Assembly: GCA_963665735.1 (NCBI GenBank)
Contig: OY762444.1
Span: 2,187,547 to 2,251,546, forward strand
DNA from: Dehalococcoidia bacterium
Lineage (GTDB): Bacteria; Chloroflexota; Dehalococcoidia; Lucifugimonadales; UBA3495
Length of the DNA: 64,000 nt
Direction: 5' to 3'
Shown here: positions 19,044-27,347 of the stretch, one piece after another
How positions within the stretch are numbered: the first letter of the stretch is position 1
Layout of the letters: each line of letters opens with the position of its first letter
Program-made: the position numbers and the translations under genes
The notes under the pieces: model-generated
Seen by the model: the letters and a program-made list of their open reading frames with translations, nothing else
Told to the model about the DNA's origin: nothing
Databases searched by the model: none

Positions 19044-19500
19044 CAACCCCTGCCCAAAAGCCTGGCAGCCGAATTATGGATCAGCCCACAACCTCGCCCT
19101 TTCATGTCATTCTGCCTGCCCCTCCATGTCATTCTGAGCAAAGCGAAGAATCCAAAATCCCCGCCGTAAGCCAACCTCACCCCCACAAAACCAACCCCCA
19201 CCCCCAACCCGTCATTCCGGCGAAGGCCGGAATCCAGAAACCTCCCGCCATCCCGTTCGTGGTGAGCCTGTCGAACCACCCCCACCGTCATTCCCGCGAA
19301 ACCTGTCCTGAGCGTAGCCGAAGCAGCGGGAATCCACATCCCTGCCTTAGCCAACCTCACCCCCACAAAACCAACCCCCACCCCCAACCGTCATTCCGGC
19401 GAAGGCCGGAATCCAGAAATCCCAAGCCCCTACCAACCTTCCACCCCCCAACCCGTTCGTGGTGAGCCTGTCGAACCACCCCCAACTGACACCACCCCCT
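19037..19500. repeat. Array of REP/MITE-like palindromic units (families A, E, F and a long-loop variant)
   Basis: Contains GTCATTCCGGCGAAGGCCGGAATCCAGAAA (x2), CCGTTCGTGGTGAGCCTGTCGAACCAC (x2), GTCATTCTGAGCAAAGCGAAGAATCC, and GTCATTCCCGCGAAACCTGTCCTGAGCGTAGCCGAAGCAGCGGGAATCC. Confidence 0.9.
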
Positions 19501-19572
19501 TGACAACCCCTTGATTCTTATGTAAGGTATGCAAAGTAGGGACGACCCTCAACGTGGGGGCCGTCCCTTTTT
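19500..19572 (+). promoter_or_regulatory. Promoter-like element followed directly by a conserved hairpin + T5 (module copy 1)
   Basis: TTGACA (19500), a 17-nt spacer, TAAGGT (19523), 7 nt, then GTAGGGACGACCC-TCAACGTGG-GGGCCGTCCC-TTTTT. The same architecture occurs on the minus strand at 45054..44981. Confidence 0.55.
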
Positions 19573-19600
19573 CGTGCCTCCATTCCCGGCCCCAAGCTCT

Positions 19601-19748
19601 AACCCGGAACCTGACCCCAAGGAGAATGCAACACAATGCCACAAAATGCCACGGAAAATTAAACCTCCCCATCCAACCCGGAACCTGACCCCAAGGAGAA
19701 TGCAACACAATGCCACAAAATGCCACGGAAAATAAAAACTCCCTGACC
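19601..19748. repeat. 74-bp tandem duplication covering the RBS and first codons of the 19710 gene
   Basis: The 59-nt block AACCCGGAACCTGACCCCAAGGAGAATGCAACACAATGCCACAAAATGCCACGGAAAAT occurs at 19601 and 19675. Copy 1 runs into a stop; copy 2 continues into the gene. Confidence 0.9.
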
Positions 19749-20105
19749 CGCCGCCAGCAAGGCGTACTCCCCATCCTGGCCGCGGCCCCCTCCATCGCCG
19801 AGGCCGCCCGCCAGTCCAACCTGGACCGCGGCACTCTCCACCGCTGGCTCCAGGACGACCACTTCCGCCAGGAACTCCAGCGCATCCGCCAGGAGGCCGC
19901 CGACCTCGCCCGCTCCGAGCTTAACGTCCTCATGTTCCGCTCCGTCGCCGTCCTGGCCGAATGTCTCGACGACCCCAACCCCGACCTTCGCCTCCGCGCT
20001 GCCCGCACCGCCCTGTCCTACGCCGTCAAAGTCCACGACATCCAGCAACTCCACGACCACATCCAAACCCTGGAAGAATCCCTGGACCTCCAAAGGAGCA
20101 AGTAA
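19710..20105 (+). CDS. Helix-turn-helix protein, phage/mobile-element-like
   Basis: 131 aa. SIAEAARQSNLDRGTLHRWLQDD is an HTH-like segment followed by a helical tail. Confidence 0.6.
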   Translation: MPQNATENKNSLTRRQQGVLPILAAAPSIAEAARQSNLDRGTLHRWLQDDHFRQELQRIRQEAADLARSELNVLMFRSVAVLAECLDDPNPDLRLRAARTALSYAVKVHDIQQLHDHIQTLEESLDLQRSK

Positions 20106-20107
20106 CC

Positions 20108-20410
20108 ATGACCATCAGTTCCCTCCAAGCCCGCATCCGCGTCCTCCGCCGCAAACTCATCGTCCCCTTGACCCAACTCAGGGTCAGCAAGCTGGCCGAC
20201 GAGTGGGTCGAAGACTGGCAAACCGCCCAGGCCGAAGGCCAGCCCACGCCCAAGCCCATTACCTTCCTCAACAAGGTAGCCAAGGCTGGACTCTGGTACC
20301 TGGGCTGCTCCAACGCCCTGTCCTACCTGGAGCGTTGCGCCCGCGACAAACGGGAACCCGACCCCGCCCAAATCTTCCAGCGCGTATTCCCCAAACCCCT
20401 GAAAGCCTAA
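20108..20410 (+). CDS. Hypothetical protein coupled to the HTH gene
   Basis: ATG 2 nt after the upstream TAA, with AAGGAG 8 nt upstream. 100 aa and no recognisable family. Confidence 0.5.
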   Translation: MTISSLQARIRVLRRKLIVPLTQLRVSKLADEWVEDWQTAQAEGQPTPKPITFLNKVAKAGLWYLGCSNALSYLERCARDKREPDPAQIFQRVFPKPLKA

Positions 20411-20798
20411 CCCAATGGTGGAATGGACATTCCTGTCCGTTGCCCCTCCCCGTGGAACGGCCGGGGCAAGGCCGAAAACCCCCGCCCCATATTCAGGGAG
20501 AGAGCCGGGAAGGGGGCAAAACGCCACCACCCAACCGTCATTCCGGCGAAGAGCCGGCCCCGTATCGTGGTACGGGGCCGGAATCCAGAAATCCTTGCCT
20601 TTACCAACCCCGCACTGAGCGCAACCCAAGGGGTGAGGGCAAAAAACCCACTCCCCCTATTTAGGGGGACCGCCGGGGAGGGGGTGACGACCACAACGCC
20701 AACGGTTATAATTCAGCCACCGTTGCCGGGCTGTCGTTAACCGTTTCCAGTATCGCCATGCCCGGCATTGGATGAAATCCTGCATTTTTGGAACGACC

Positions 20799-21188
20799 AT
20801 GCCACGAAAAGAAGTCATAAACTCGGCTCCCCTGTCTCCGGGCCGGGGAACGCCCCTTTCCCAAGCCACCCGTTTCGGCAACCTGGTTTACGTGCAGGGA
20901 TGCACCGGCCGCCACCCCACCACCGGAGAGGTGGGCCAGGACATCCGGGAGCAGACCCGGTTCACCCTGGAACGGATAAAAATCATCCTGGAAGAGTGCG
21001 GCACGTCCATTGACAACGTGCTGACCAACACCTGCTACCTGGCCCGCACCGAAGACCTGGCCGGGTTCAACGAAGTTTACGCCGAGTATTTTCCCGACGA
21101 CCGGCCGGCCCGGACGGCGGTAATCGTGCAGTTCGGCGCCTCGGATAACCTGGTGGAAGTCACTTCCACCGCCGGAATCCCGGACTAG
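20799..21188 (+). CDS. RidA/YjgF family reactive-intermediate deaminase
   Basis: 129 aa from MPRKEV... Contains ..ATRFGNLVYVQG.., ..NVLTNTCYL.., ..PARTAV... Confidence 0.85.
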   Translation: MPRKEVINSAPLSPGRGTPLSQATRFGNLVYVQGCTGRHPTTGEVGQDIREQTRFTLERIKIILEECGTSIDNVLTNTCYLARTEDLAGFNEVYAEYFPDDRPARTAVIVQFGASDNLVEVTSTAGIPD

Positions 21189-21207
21189 TAGTCCATCAAC
21201 TTTGGCT

Positions 21208-21312
21208 TGATGGGTAATCCGGGAGTCCGTTGGTGGTGAGCCTGATGGATAATCCGGGAACCCGTTGGTGGTGAGCCTGATGGATAATCCGGGAACCCGT
21301 TCGTGGTGAGCT
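21208..21312. repeat. 35-bp tandem repeat x3
   Basis: TGATGGRTAATCCGGGARYCCGTTSGTGGTGAGCY is repeated head to tail. Related to REP family E. Confidence 0.9.
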
Positions 21313-21428
21313 TGTCGAACCATGAACGGACTCCCTTGGGTGAGAAAGCTCAAGGCGAACGGGGAAATTAACCATCATTTCAAGGTTGTTCGCCTGCCAG
21401 GGGCAGCAACAACCCAAGGGGGCAGACG

Positions 21429-21662
21429 GTGGCGGCGAGAGCGTTCGTACTCATTGAGGTGCAGGTGGGGCGCACCAACCAGGTGGCGGCGGCCCTGCGG
21501 TCAATCAACGGGGTGCGCTTTGCCGACGTAATCACCGGCCCCCACGACGTTATCGCCTGCATCGAGGCCGCCGATATGTCCACCGTGGCGGAAACCGTCA
21601 CCGGCCAAGTGCAGGGCGTCCGCGGCGTCCTGAAAACCATCACCTGCGTAGCCGCCGGCTGA
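21429..21662 (+). CDS. Stand-alone Lrp/AsnC-type ligand-binding domain protein
   Basis: 77 aa, GTG start. AFVLIEVQVGRTNQVAAALRSINGV...VTGPHDVIA is typical of the small AsnC_trans_reg fold. Confidence 0.7.
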   Translation: MAARAFVLIEVQVGRTNQVAAALRSINGVRFADVITGPHDVIACIEAADMSTVAETVTGQVQGVRGVLKTITCVAAG

Positions 21663-22003
21663 TTTCCAGCCACCGGGCCTTAACAGTCGGTCATCGTCGC
21701 ATTTATGGCTAACCCGTCATACCGGCGCAGGCCGGTATCCAGGATTCCTTGCAACTGAGAACGCCGTACCGCCGCAAGGGTAGGGGCGGGTTGAAACCCG
21801 CCAAACCCGTCATACCGGCGCAGAGCCTGCCCCGTACCACGATACGGGGCCGGTATCCAGGATTCCTTACAGGCACACAACCTTGAAATGACGATTGGTT
21901 TTCCCGTTCGCCCTGAGCTTGTCGAAGGGCCGCCCTTCATGGTTCGACAAGCACACCAGGAACCGACTCTTGGTTCACCCATAAGTCCAAAGTTGACGGA
22001 CTG

Positions 22004-22315
22004 CTAACCCGTCTTCTTAAAGACCAGGTGGGAGCGGTTGCTGGTATGTGGACGAATCTGGTCGGGCCAGTCGCCCTTTTCGGACTCGGCCAGCCAGCCT
22101 TCGCTGAAAGGCACTTCCGGCGAGTCCACCTCGTAGATGGCGGCGTAGCGGGCCACGCCATCCACGTCGGACGAAACCAGCTTGTAGCGGGTGCAGGCAT
22201 GGACGCCCGGCGCGTTGCAGATGTTGGGAACGTGCTGGGTATCGTAAACGCGGTTGAACTCATCCTCCTTGTCGGCAGGAATGTCCATTTGCACCAAATA
22301 AATATAGTCAGCCAT
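22004..22315 (-). CDS. Dimeric alpha/beta-barrel protein (EthD/DUF4286-like)
   Basis: 103 aa from MADYIYLVQMDIPADKEDEFNRVYDTQHVP. Paralogous to both halves of 37108..37767. Confidence 0.6.
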   Translation of the reverse strand: MADYIYLVQMDIPADKEDEFNRVYDTQHVPNICNAPGVHACTRYKLVSSDVDGVARYAAIYEVDSPEVPFSEGWLAESEKGDWPDQIRPHTSNRSHLVFKKTG

Positions 22316-22546
22316 GATGTCCGGGCCTCCCGATAAATTTGCCGGAATTATAACGGGCGGGATGCGGGGATGATACCAACTCAGGCGTTGATGCTGGTCC
22401 GTCGGCAAGAACTTGACGCCCGTTGGGTCAGGCATTAGAATTAGCCCATCAGCGACCGGCAGTGGGCCGCTCCTTCAGCGACCCCTCTCTTCGGAGGCCG
22501 GCCGCTCCTTTTATCCCCGGAGGAACGGCGTAAGTCGGGCGGGCGG

Positions 22547-23095
22547 CTAGTAGGTCAGGGCATCGGCCACGCCGTCGGGCAGCTCCACGTCCAGGGCTTG
22601 CAGGGTGTGGGCCAAGCCGTGGTAGTAGGCCACTACCAGCAGCACATCTACGATAGCGGCGTCGCCAATCCGGGAACGTAGCGCCTCAAAGCTGGCGTCG
22701 GAGATGCGGTGCTGCCGCAGCATTTCCAGGACGAACTGCACCACGGCAGCGTCAGCATCGGCCAGGCCCGCCGGGGCGCGGTATTCGTGAATGGCAGCGA
22801 TAACGTCGTCGTCCAGCCCGGCCTCTCTGGCGGCGCGCTGATTGACCGTCCAAACGTAATGGCCGCAGGCTTCCCGGGCGGCAGTCAGGATGGCCAGGGC
22901 CTTGACGCGGGGGTCCAGGGGAGTCTCGAAACGGGCGTAACCGCCGAAGGCCGCGAAGTTGCGGGCGGCTTCGGGGTTGTTGAGGATGGCAGCGTAATTA
23001 CGGGCAACCCCGCCGCGGCTGCCTTCGATTTCGTCCCAGGCGGCTTGCCCGTCCGGGCCGATGGTGTCGCGGGTCATAAAGGGTACACGGGCCAT
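22547..23095 (-). CDS. Carboxymuconolactone decarboxylase (AhpD-like) family protein
   Basis: 182 aa. Paralog of 63382..63930 with the same overall pattern (..RFETPLDPRVKALAILTAARE..). Confidence 0.75.
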   Translation of the reverse strand: MARVPFMTRDTIGPDGQAAWDEIEGSRGGVARNYAAILNNPEAARNFAAFGGYARFETPLDPRVKALAILTAAREACGHYVWTVNQRAAREAGLDDDVIAAIHEYRAPAGLADADAAVVQFVLEMLRQHRISDASFEALRSRIGDAAIVDVLLVVAYYHGLAHTLQALDVELPDGVADALTY

Positions 23096-23119
23096 TGTTT
23101 TTCCTCCTTGGATTAAGGG

Positions 23120-23554
23120 CTAATGTGACGCGCCGTTGGCGTTGTCGTGGGTAGGCGGTGGTTCAGTAAAGGGTTCTCCTCTAGCTGCGGCTTCAAGCCG
23201 GCGTTGGTTCCATGCTTCCCAAAGCAACTGGTTTCGTTCCTCGCCGGCTTTTTCTCCTTCCTCGAAGGCTTTTCTTCGTTGGCGGTTCCTTAGCATAGTC
23301 GCGAATACCATGTGTCCTACCTCGGTGATGATTGTTGAGGCTATCAGGGAGGCGGCGCCGGCCTCGGTCAATTTAACCGTGGCGATGTCCTGGACTTCCT
23401 GCCAGCCGGCGGCGTTGGTACGGGCTACTTCGGTCAGGGTGTTGGTGACCGTCAGATAGACAGTCAAGAACCCGAACAACCCGTACCACCAATGCACGGC
23501 GTCCGAGCGGACGCTCATTGGGCCAATGCGAAATTCCCTTTCGGGCGAAGTCAT
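23120..23554 (-). CDS. Hypothetical membrane protein
   Basis: 144 aa with two hydrophobic segments and a charged C-terminal helix. Starts 9 nt after the stop of the upstream gene. Confidence 0.5.
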   Translation of the reverse strand: MTSPEREFRIGPMSVRSDAVHWWYGLFGFLTVYLTVTNTLTEVARTNAAGWQEVQDIATVKLTEAGAASLIASTIITEVGHMVFATMLRNRQRRKAFEEGEKAGEERNQLLWEAWNQRRLEAAARGEPFTEPPPTHDNANGASH

Positions 23555-23563
23555 GGGACGACG

Positions 23564-25849
23564 CTAATCGTCGGCAGCCAGTTGGGAGGCAGCGCCGTCC
23601 TTTTCCCAAAGGGCTTCCAGGATAGCCCCGGGGGACATGGGCAGGCTTTCCATGCGGGCGCCGATGGCGTCGTGGATGGCGTTGGCGATGGCGGCCATGG
23701 GCGGCACTATGGGCACTTCTCCGACGCCCCGGACGCCATAGGGGTGGCCGGGGTTCGCCACTTCCACGATAACCGTGTCAATCATCGGCAAGTCCAGGCT
23801 GGTAGGCATACGGTAGTCCAGGAAGCTGGAGTTGACCATCGAACCCTGGTCGCTCATAAAGTACTCTTCGTTCAAGGCCCAGCCGATGCCCTGGACGACG
23901 CCCCCCTGCATCTGGCCTTCGACGTAGCTGGGATGAATGGCCTTGCCGGCGTCCTGGACGGCGGAGAACCGTAGCACCGTGACCTTGCCGGTGTCGGGGT
24001 CAACTTCCACGTCGGCGATGTGGGTGCTGAAAGCCCCGCCGGCGCCCTTGGGGTCAACGCTGACCTGGCTGGAAATGGGGCCGCCGGTGCGGTTCAATTG
24101 GCCGGCCAGCTCCTTGAAGGGCATCCGCAGTTCCGGCTCGGACTTGTGCTGGAACACGCCGTCGGCCAGTTCCACGTCTTCGGCGGAAACGTCCCAGATG
24201 CTGGCGGCGCGGTCAATCATCTTCTGCTTGATGTCCTGAGCGCACTCGTAGGCGGCCCAACCGCTGGCGAAGGTGACGCGGCTGCCGCCGGTGAGGAAGG
24301 TGTAGCCCACCGAGTCGGTGTCGGCGACGGTAGGGTGAACGTCCTCGGCGGGGATTCCCAGGACTTCGGCAGCCTGCATGGCAATGGAGGCGCGGGTGCC
24401 GCCGATGTCGGTGGAACCTTCGACCAGGATGATGGTGCCGTCGGCGTTGACGCCGATGCTGCAACTGGAGGGCATTCCGATGTTGAACCAGAACCCCGAG
24501 GCGACACCCCGGCCCCGGTTGGGGCCTTCCAACGGCGTGTTGTAGTGGTCGGTGCTGCGGGCAGCCTCCACGACTTCCACGTTGCCGATGCGGGGGTAAA
24601 CCGGGCCGTCAACCCGGCGGGTGCCTTCCTTGGAGGCGTTGCGGAGGCGGAACTCCAGCGGGTCTATCCCCAGGCGGCGGCTGAGTTCGTCCACCACCTG
24701 CTCCCCGCCGAAAGCGGCGATGGGGGCGCCGGGAGCGCGGTAAGGGGCGACCTTGGCCTTGTTGTCCACCACATCATAGCCCTGAGAACGGACGTTTTCG
24801 ATGTCGTAGGGGGCGAAAATGCACTGGGCGCCCATAGTCACGGGAGAGCCGGGGAAAGCGCCGGCTTCCATAGCCAGGGTAGCCTCGGCGGCGGTAATCT
24901 TGCCGTCGTTGGTGGCGCCCATCTTAATCTTCATCCAGGCGCCCGACGTGGGGCCGGTGCTCTCGAAAACGTCGGTGCGGGACATGAGCAGCTTGACCGG
25001 CTGGCCGGACTTCTTGGACAGGAGGGCGGCCACGGGTTCCAGGTATATGGGGATTTTGCCGCCGAATCCGCCGCCGATTTCCATGGGAACGACGGTGATT
25101 TTGGACACGGGCATATCCAGCACCTTGGCCAGGGATTCCCGGGCGGAAAACGACCCCTGGGTGCTGGTCCAGACCTTCAACTGGCCGTCGTTGTTCCAGA
25201 AGGCGGAGGCGTTTTGCGGTTCGATGTAGCCCTGGTGGACGGTGGTGGTGTTAAATTCCCGTTCTACGATAACGTCGGCGGCGGCAAAACCCTGTTCCAG
25301 GTCGCCCAGTTCGTAGCTGAAATGGGTGGCGATGTTGCTGCGCTGGTCGGACGGTTCGCCCAGTTCGTTGGTGGTCATGTCGTCGTGGAGCAGGGGAGCG
25401 TCGTCGGACATGGCGGCCTGGACGGTGGTGACGGAGGGCAGGACTTCGTACTCGACTTCGATTAAGGCCACGGCGGCCTCGGCGACGTGGGGACTGGCGG
25501 CGGCGACGCCGGCTATGGGGTGGCCCTTGTAGAGGGCTTTATCGCGGGCCAGCACGTTGTCGCTGGCGAAGCGCATACCCTGGTCGGGGTTTTCCATCTG
25601 GGAGATGGGCAGGTCGTGGACGGTAACGACGGCCTTGACGCCGGGGTACGCCTCGGCCTTGGCGGTGTTGATGGACTTGATCCGGGCGTGGGCGTGGGGG
25701 CTGCGCAGGACGGCCCCGTGGAGCAGGCCGGTCATCTGGAAGTCGCCGCCGTACTTGGCCCGGCCGGTAACTTTGTCGGCGCCGTCGTGCCGGATGGGGC
25801 GGGTGCCTACCACGTTATAATCAGTATTGGACAATACGACATTGGCCAT
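23564..25849 (-). CDS. Xanthine dehydrogenase/CO dehydrogenase family molybdopterin-binding large subunit
   Basis: About 761 aa. The N-terminus GTRPIRHDGADKVTGRAKY and overall layout are aldehyde-oxidase/CoxL-like. ATG at 25849 preferred over the TTG at 25855. Confidence 0.88.
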   Translation of the reverse strand: MANVVLSNTDYNVVGTRPIRHDGADKVTGRAKYGGDFQMTGLLHGAVLRSPHAHARIKSINTAKAEAYPGVKAVVTVHDLPISQMENPDQGMRFASDNVLARDKALYKGHPIAGVAAASPHVAEAAVALIEVEYEVLPSVTTVQAAMSDDAPLLHDDMTTNELGEPSDQRSNIATHFSYELGDLEQGFAAADVIVEREFNTTTVHQGYIEPQNASAFWNNDGQLKVWTSTQGSFSARESLAKVLDMPVSKITVVPMEIGGGFGGKIPIYLEPVAALLSKKSGQPVKLLMSRTDVFESTGPTSGAWMKIKMGATNDGKITAAEATLAMEAGAFPGSPVTMGAQCIFAPYDIENVRSQGYDVVDNKAKVAPYRAPGAPIAAFGGEQVVDELSRRLGIDPLEFRLRNASKEGTRRVDGPVYPRIGNVEVVEAARSTDHYNTPLEGPNRGRGVASGFWFNIGMPSSCSIGVNADGTIILVEGSTDIGGTRASIAMQAAEVLGIPAEDVHPTVADTDSVGYTFLTGGSRVTFASGWAAYECAQDIKQKMIDRAASIWDVSAEDVELADGVFQHKSEPELRMPFKELAGQLNRTGGPISSQVSVDPKGAGGAFSTHIADVEVDPDTGKVTVLRFSAVQDAGKAIHPSYVEGQMQGGVVQGIGWALNEEYFMSDQGSMVNSSFLDYRMPTSLDLPMIDTVIVEVANPGHPYGVRGVGEVPIVPPMAAIANAIHDAIGARMESLPMSPGAILEALWEKDGAASQLAADD

Positions 25850-26374
25850 AACCAATCACCTCGAAATTTAGGTCTGGGATGGGGTTCAGCAATGCCAGGG
25901 GAGTCGGTGGCGATTGTAACACAAGGGGGGAAGGGTATCTAACGGGGGGATAGGATGTAAAGTTGTCCCCAATGAAAAGGAAACGGTTAGCAACCTTGCG
26001 ATACAACATTGCCATAAGTCGGACAAAGCTGGACTTGGTTGCATTTTAAGCACATTGGTTTTACCATTGTACAGACATTATTACTTCAATGTGTCGGATT
26101 TCCGCGCGTTAGCCGACTAACGTGATGCGTTGCTGTCTAAGTTGGTGAGTAGGGAGATGACCTAATGAGTGAATATAGCGAGCGAGTACGCAGTTCTGGT
26201 GTTGTTTCAAATTTAAGGCTGGCTGAGGCTAAGCTGCGGGAGTTAGAGCAACAGGAATGGGAACACCAGGATCAGATCGACCTTATCGCCCGTATCAAAA
26301 TTGCTACCACGCACGTCCTCGGTAGGCTGACAGTTCCGGATTACAACCTCATTACTGTTTCGGCACTAAACGAG

Positions 26375-27266
26375 CTAGGGCGTGTTGACACAAAAAGGGT
26401 GGAATTGGGTAAAGATGGGCCAGGCAATGGGGAATCGGAGGTAGTAAGATAGCGGGACAAAGAGCTGGGCGGGGAGGCGGCGGCGTGGAAATTACCGAGG
26501 CGCAATACCAGCGAATAGCGCATCTCTTTCCCAAGCACCGGGGCAACGTCCGCCACGGCAACCTGGAAGTGCTGAACGTGATTCTCTACGCCACGGAGAA
26601 CGGCTGCAAGTGGCGGGGTTTGCCGGACAGCGTGGGCAACTGGAACACCTTCTATCAGCGCTGGTATCGGTGGAACCGGAAGGGACTGATGCGGCAGGTG
26701 ATGGAATACCTGCAAGAGACGGGGGAGACCTGGGCGGAAACCGGGCTGGCAGCGTTGGACTCCACCAGTGTCAAGGTGCATCCCGACGGCGCTGGCGCCT
26801 TAAAAAACATGGGCCGCAAGCCATTGGCAAGTCCCACGGTGGCTGGAATACCAAAGTCCACCTGATGGCCGCCGATGAGCGGACCAGCCTGGCCTGCTCC
26901 CTCTCTCCGGGCCAGGCCCATGACGGGGTGGAAGGACGGAAACTGCTGACGCGGGTAGGCCGCCTTGCGGAACCGCGGGACCTGGTCATGGACCGGGCTT
27001 ATGAGGGGAACGCGACCCGGCAACTGGCGGAGGAGTTGGGCTACATTCCGACGGTACCTCCCCGGCGGCATCGGAAAGTCCGGTGGGAGTACAGCCGGGA
27101 GCTATACGCTCAGCGGAACATCGTGGAACGGTTGATCCGGCGACTGAAGGGGTTCCGGCGGGTCTTCACCCGCTACGACAAGCTGGATTGGATGTACCTG
27201 GGGTATGTGACCTTGGCCTGCGTCTATGAGGCTTTTTTCCGACAACTTAGTGTCAACACGCCCTAG
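26375..27266 (+). mobile_element. IS5-family (IS427-group-like) insertion sequence
   Basis: 17-bp terminal inverted repeats CTAGGGCGTGTTGACAC (26375) and GTGTCAACACGCCCTAG (27250-27266). CTAG/TA is at both ends. About 0.89 kb with a two-frame transposase. Confidence 0.85.
26485..27266 (+). CDS. IS5-family DDE transposase made by programmed -1 frameshift
   Basis: orfA is 26485..~26808 and orfB runs in the -1 frame to 27266. The slippery A_AAA_AAC lies at 26802-26808. The C-terminus NIVERLIRRLKGFRRVFTRYDK is typical. Confidence 0.8.
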
Positions 27267-27347
27267 ATTCACCGTCTCAGCAGTTGTTGAATTTGATAGA
27301 GGAGATTGAGTCTCTATCTTTAACCGACGTTTCGAACAAATCACTAT

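Noticed and set aside
20415-20445. Short palindrome-like motif ATGGACATTCCTGTCCGT (also near 9255 and 63228) as a transcription-factor operator
   Set aside because: It always occurs embedded among other REP units rather than at promoters, so I treat it as another REP family.
22547-23095. AhpD-like selenoprotein possibility for the two CMD-family genes (also 63382..63930)
   Set aside because: Both ORFs are full length without an in-frame TGA, and they lack a CxxC/UxxC motif at the expected position.
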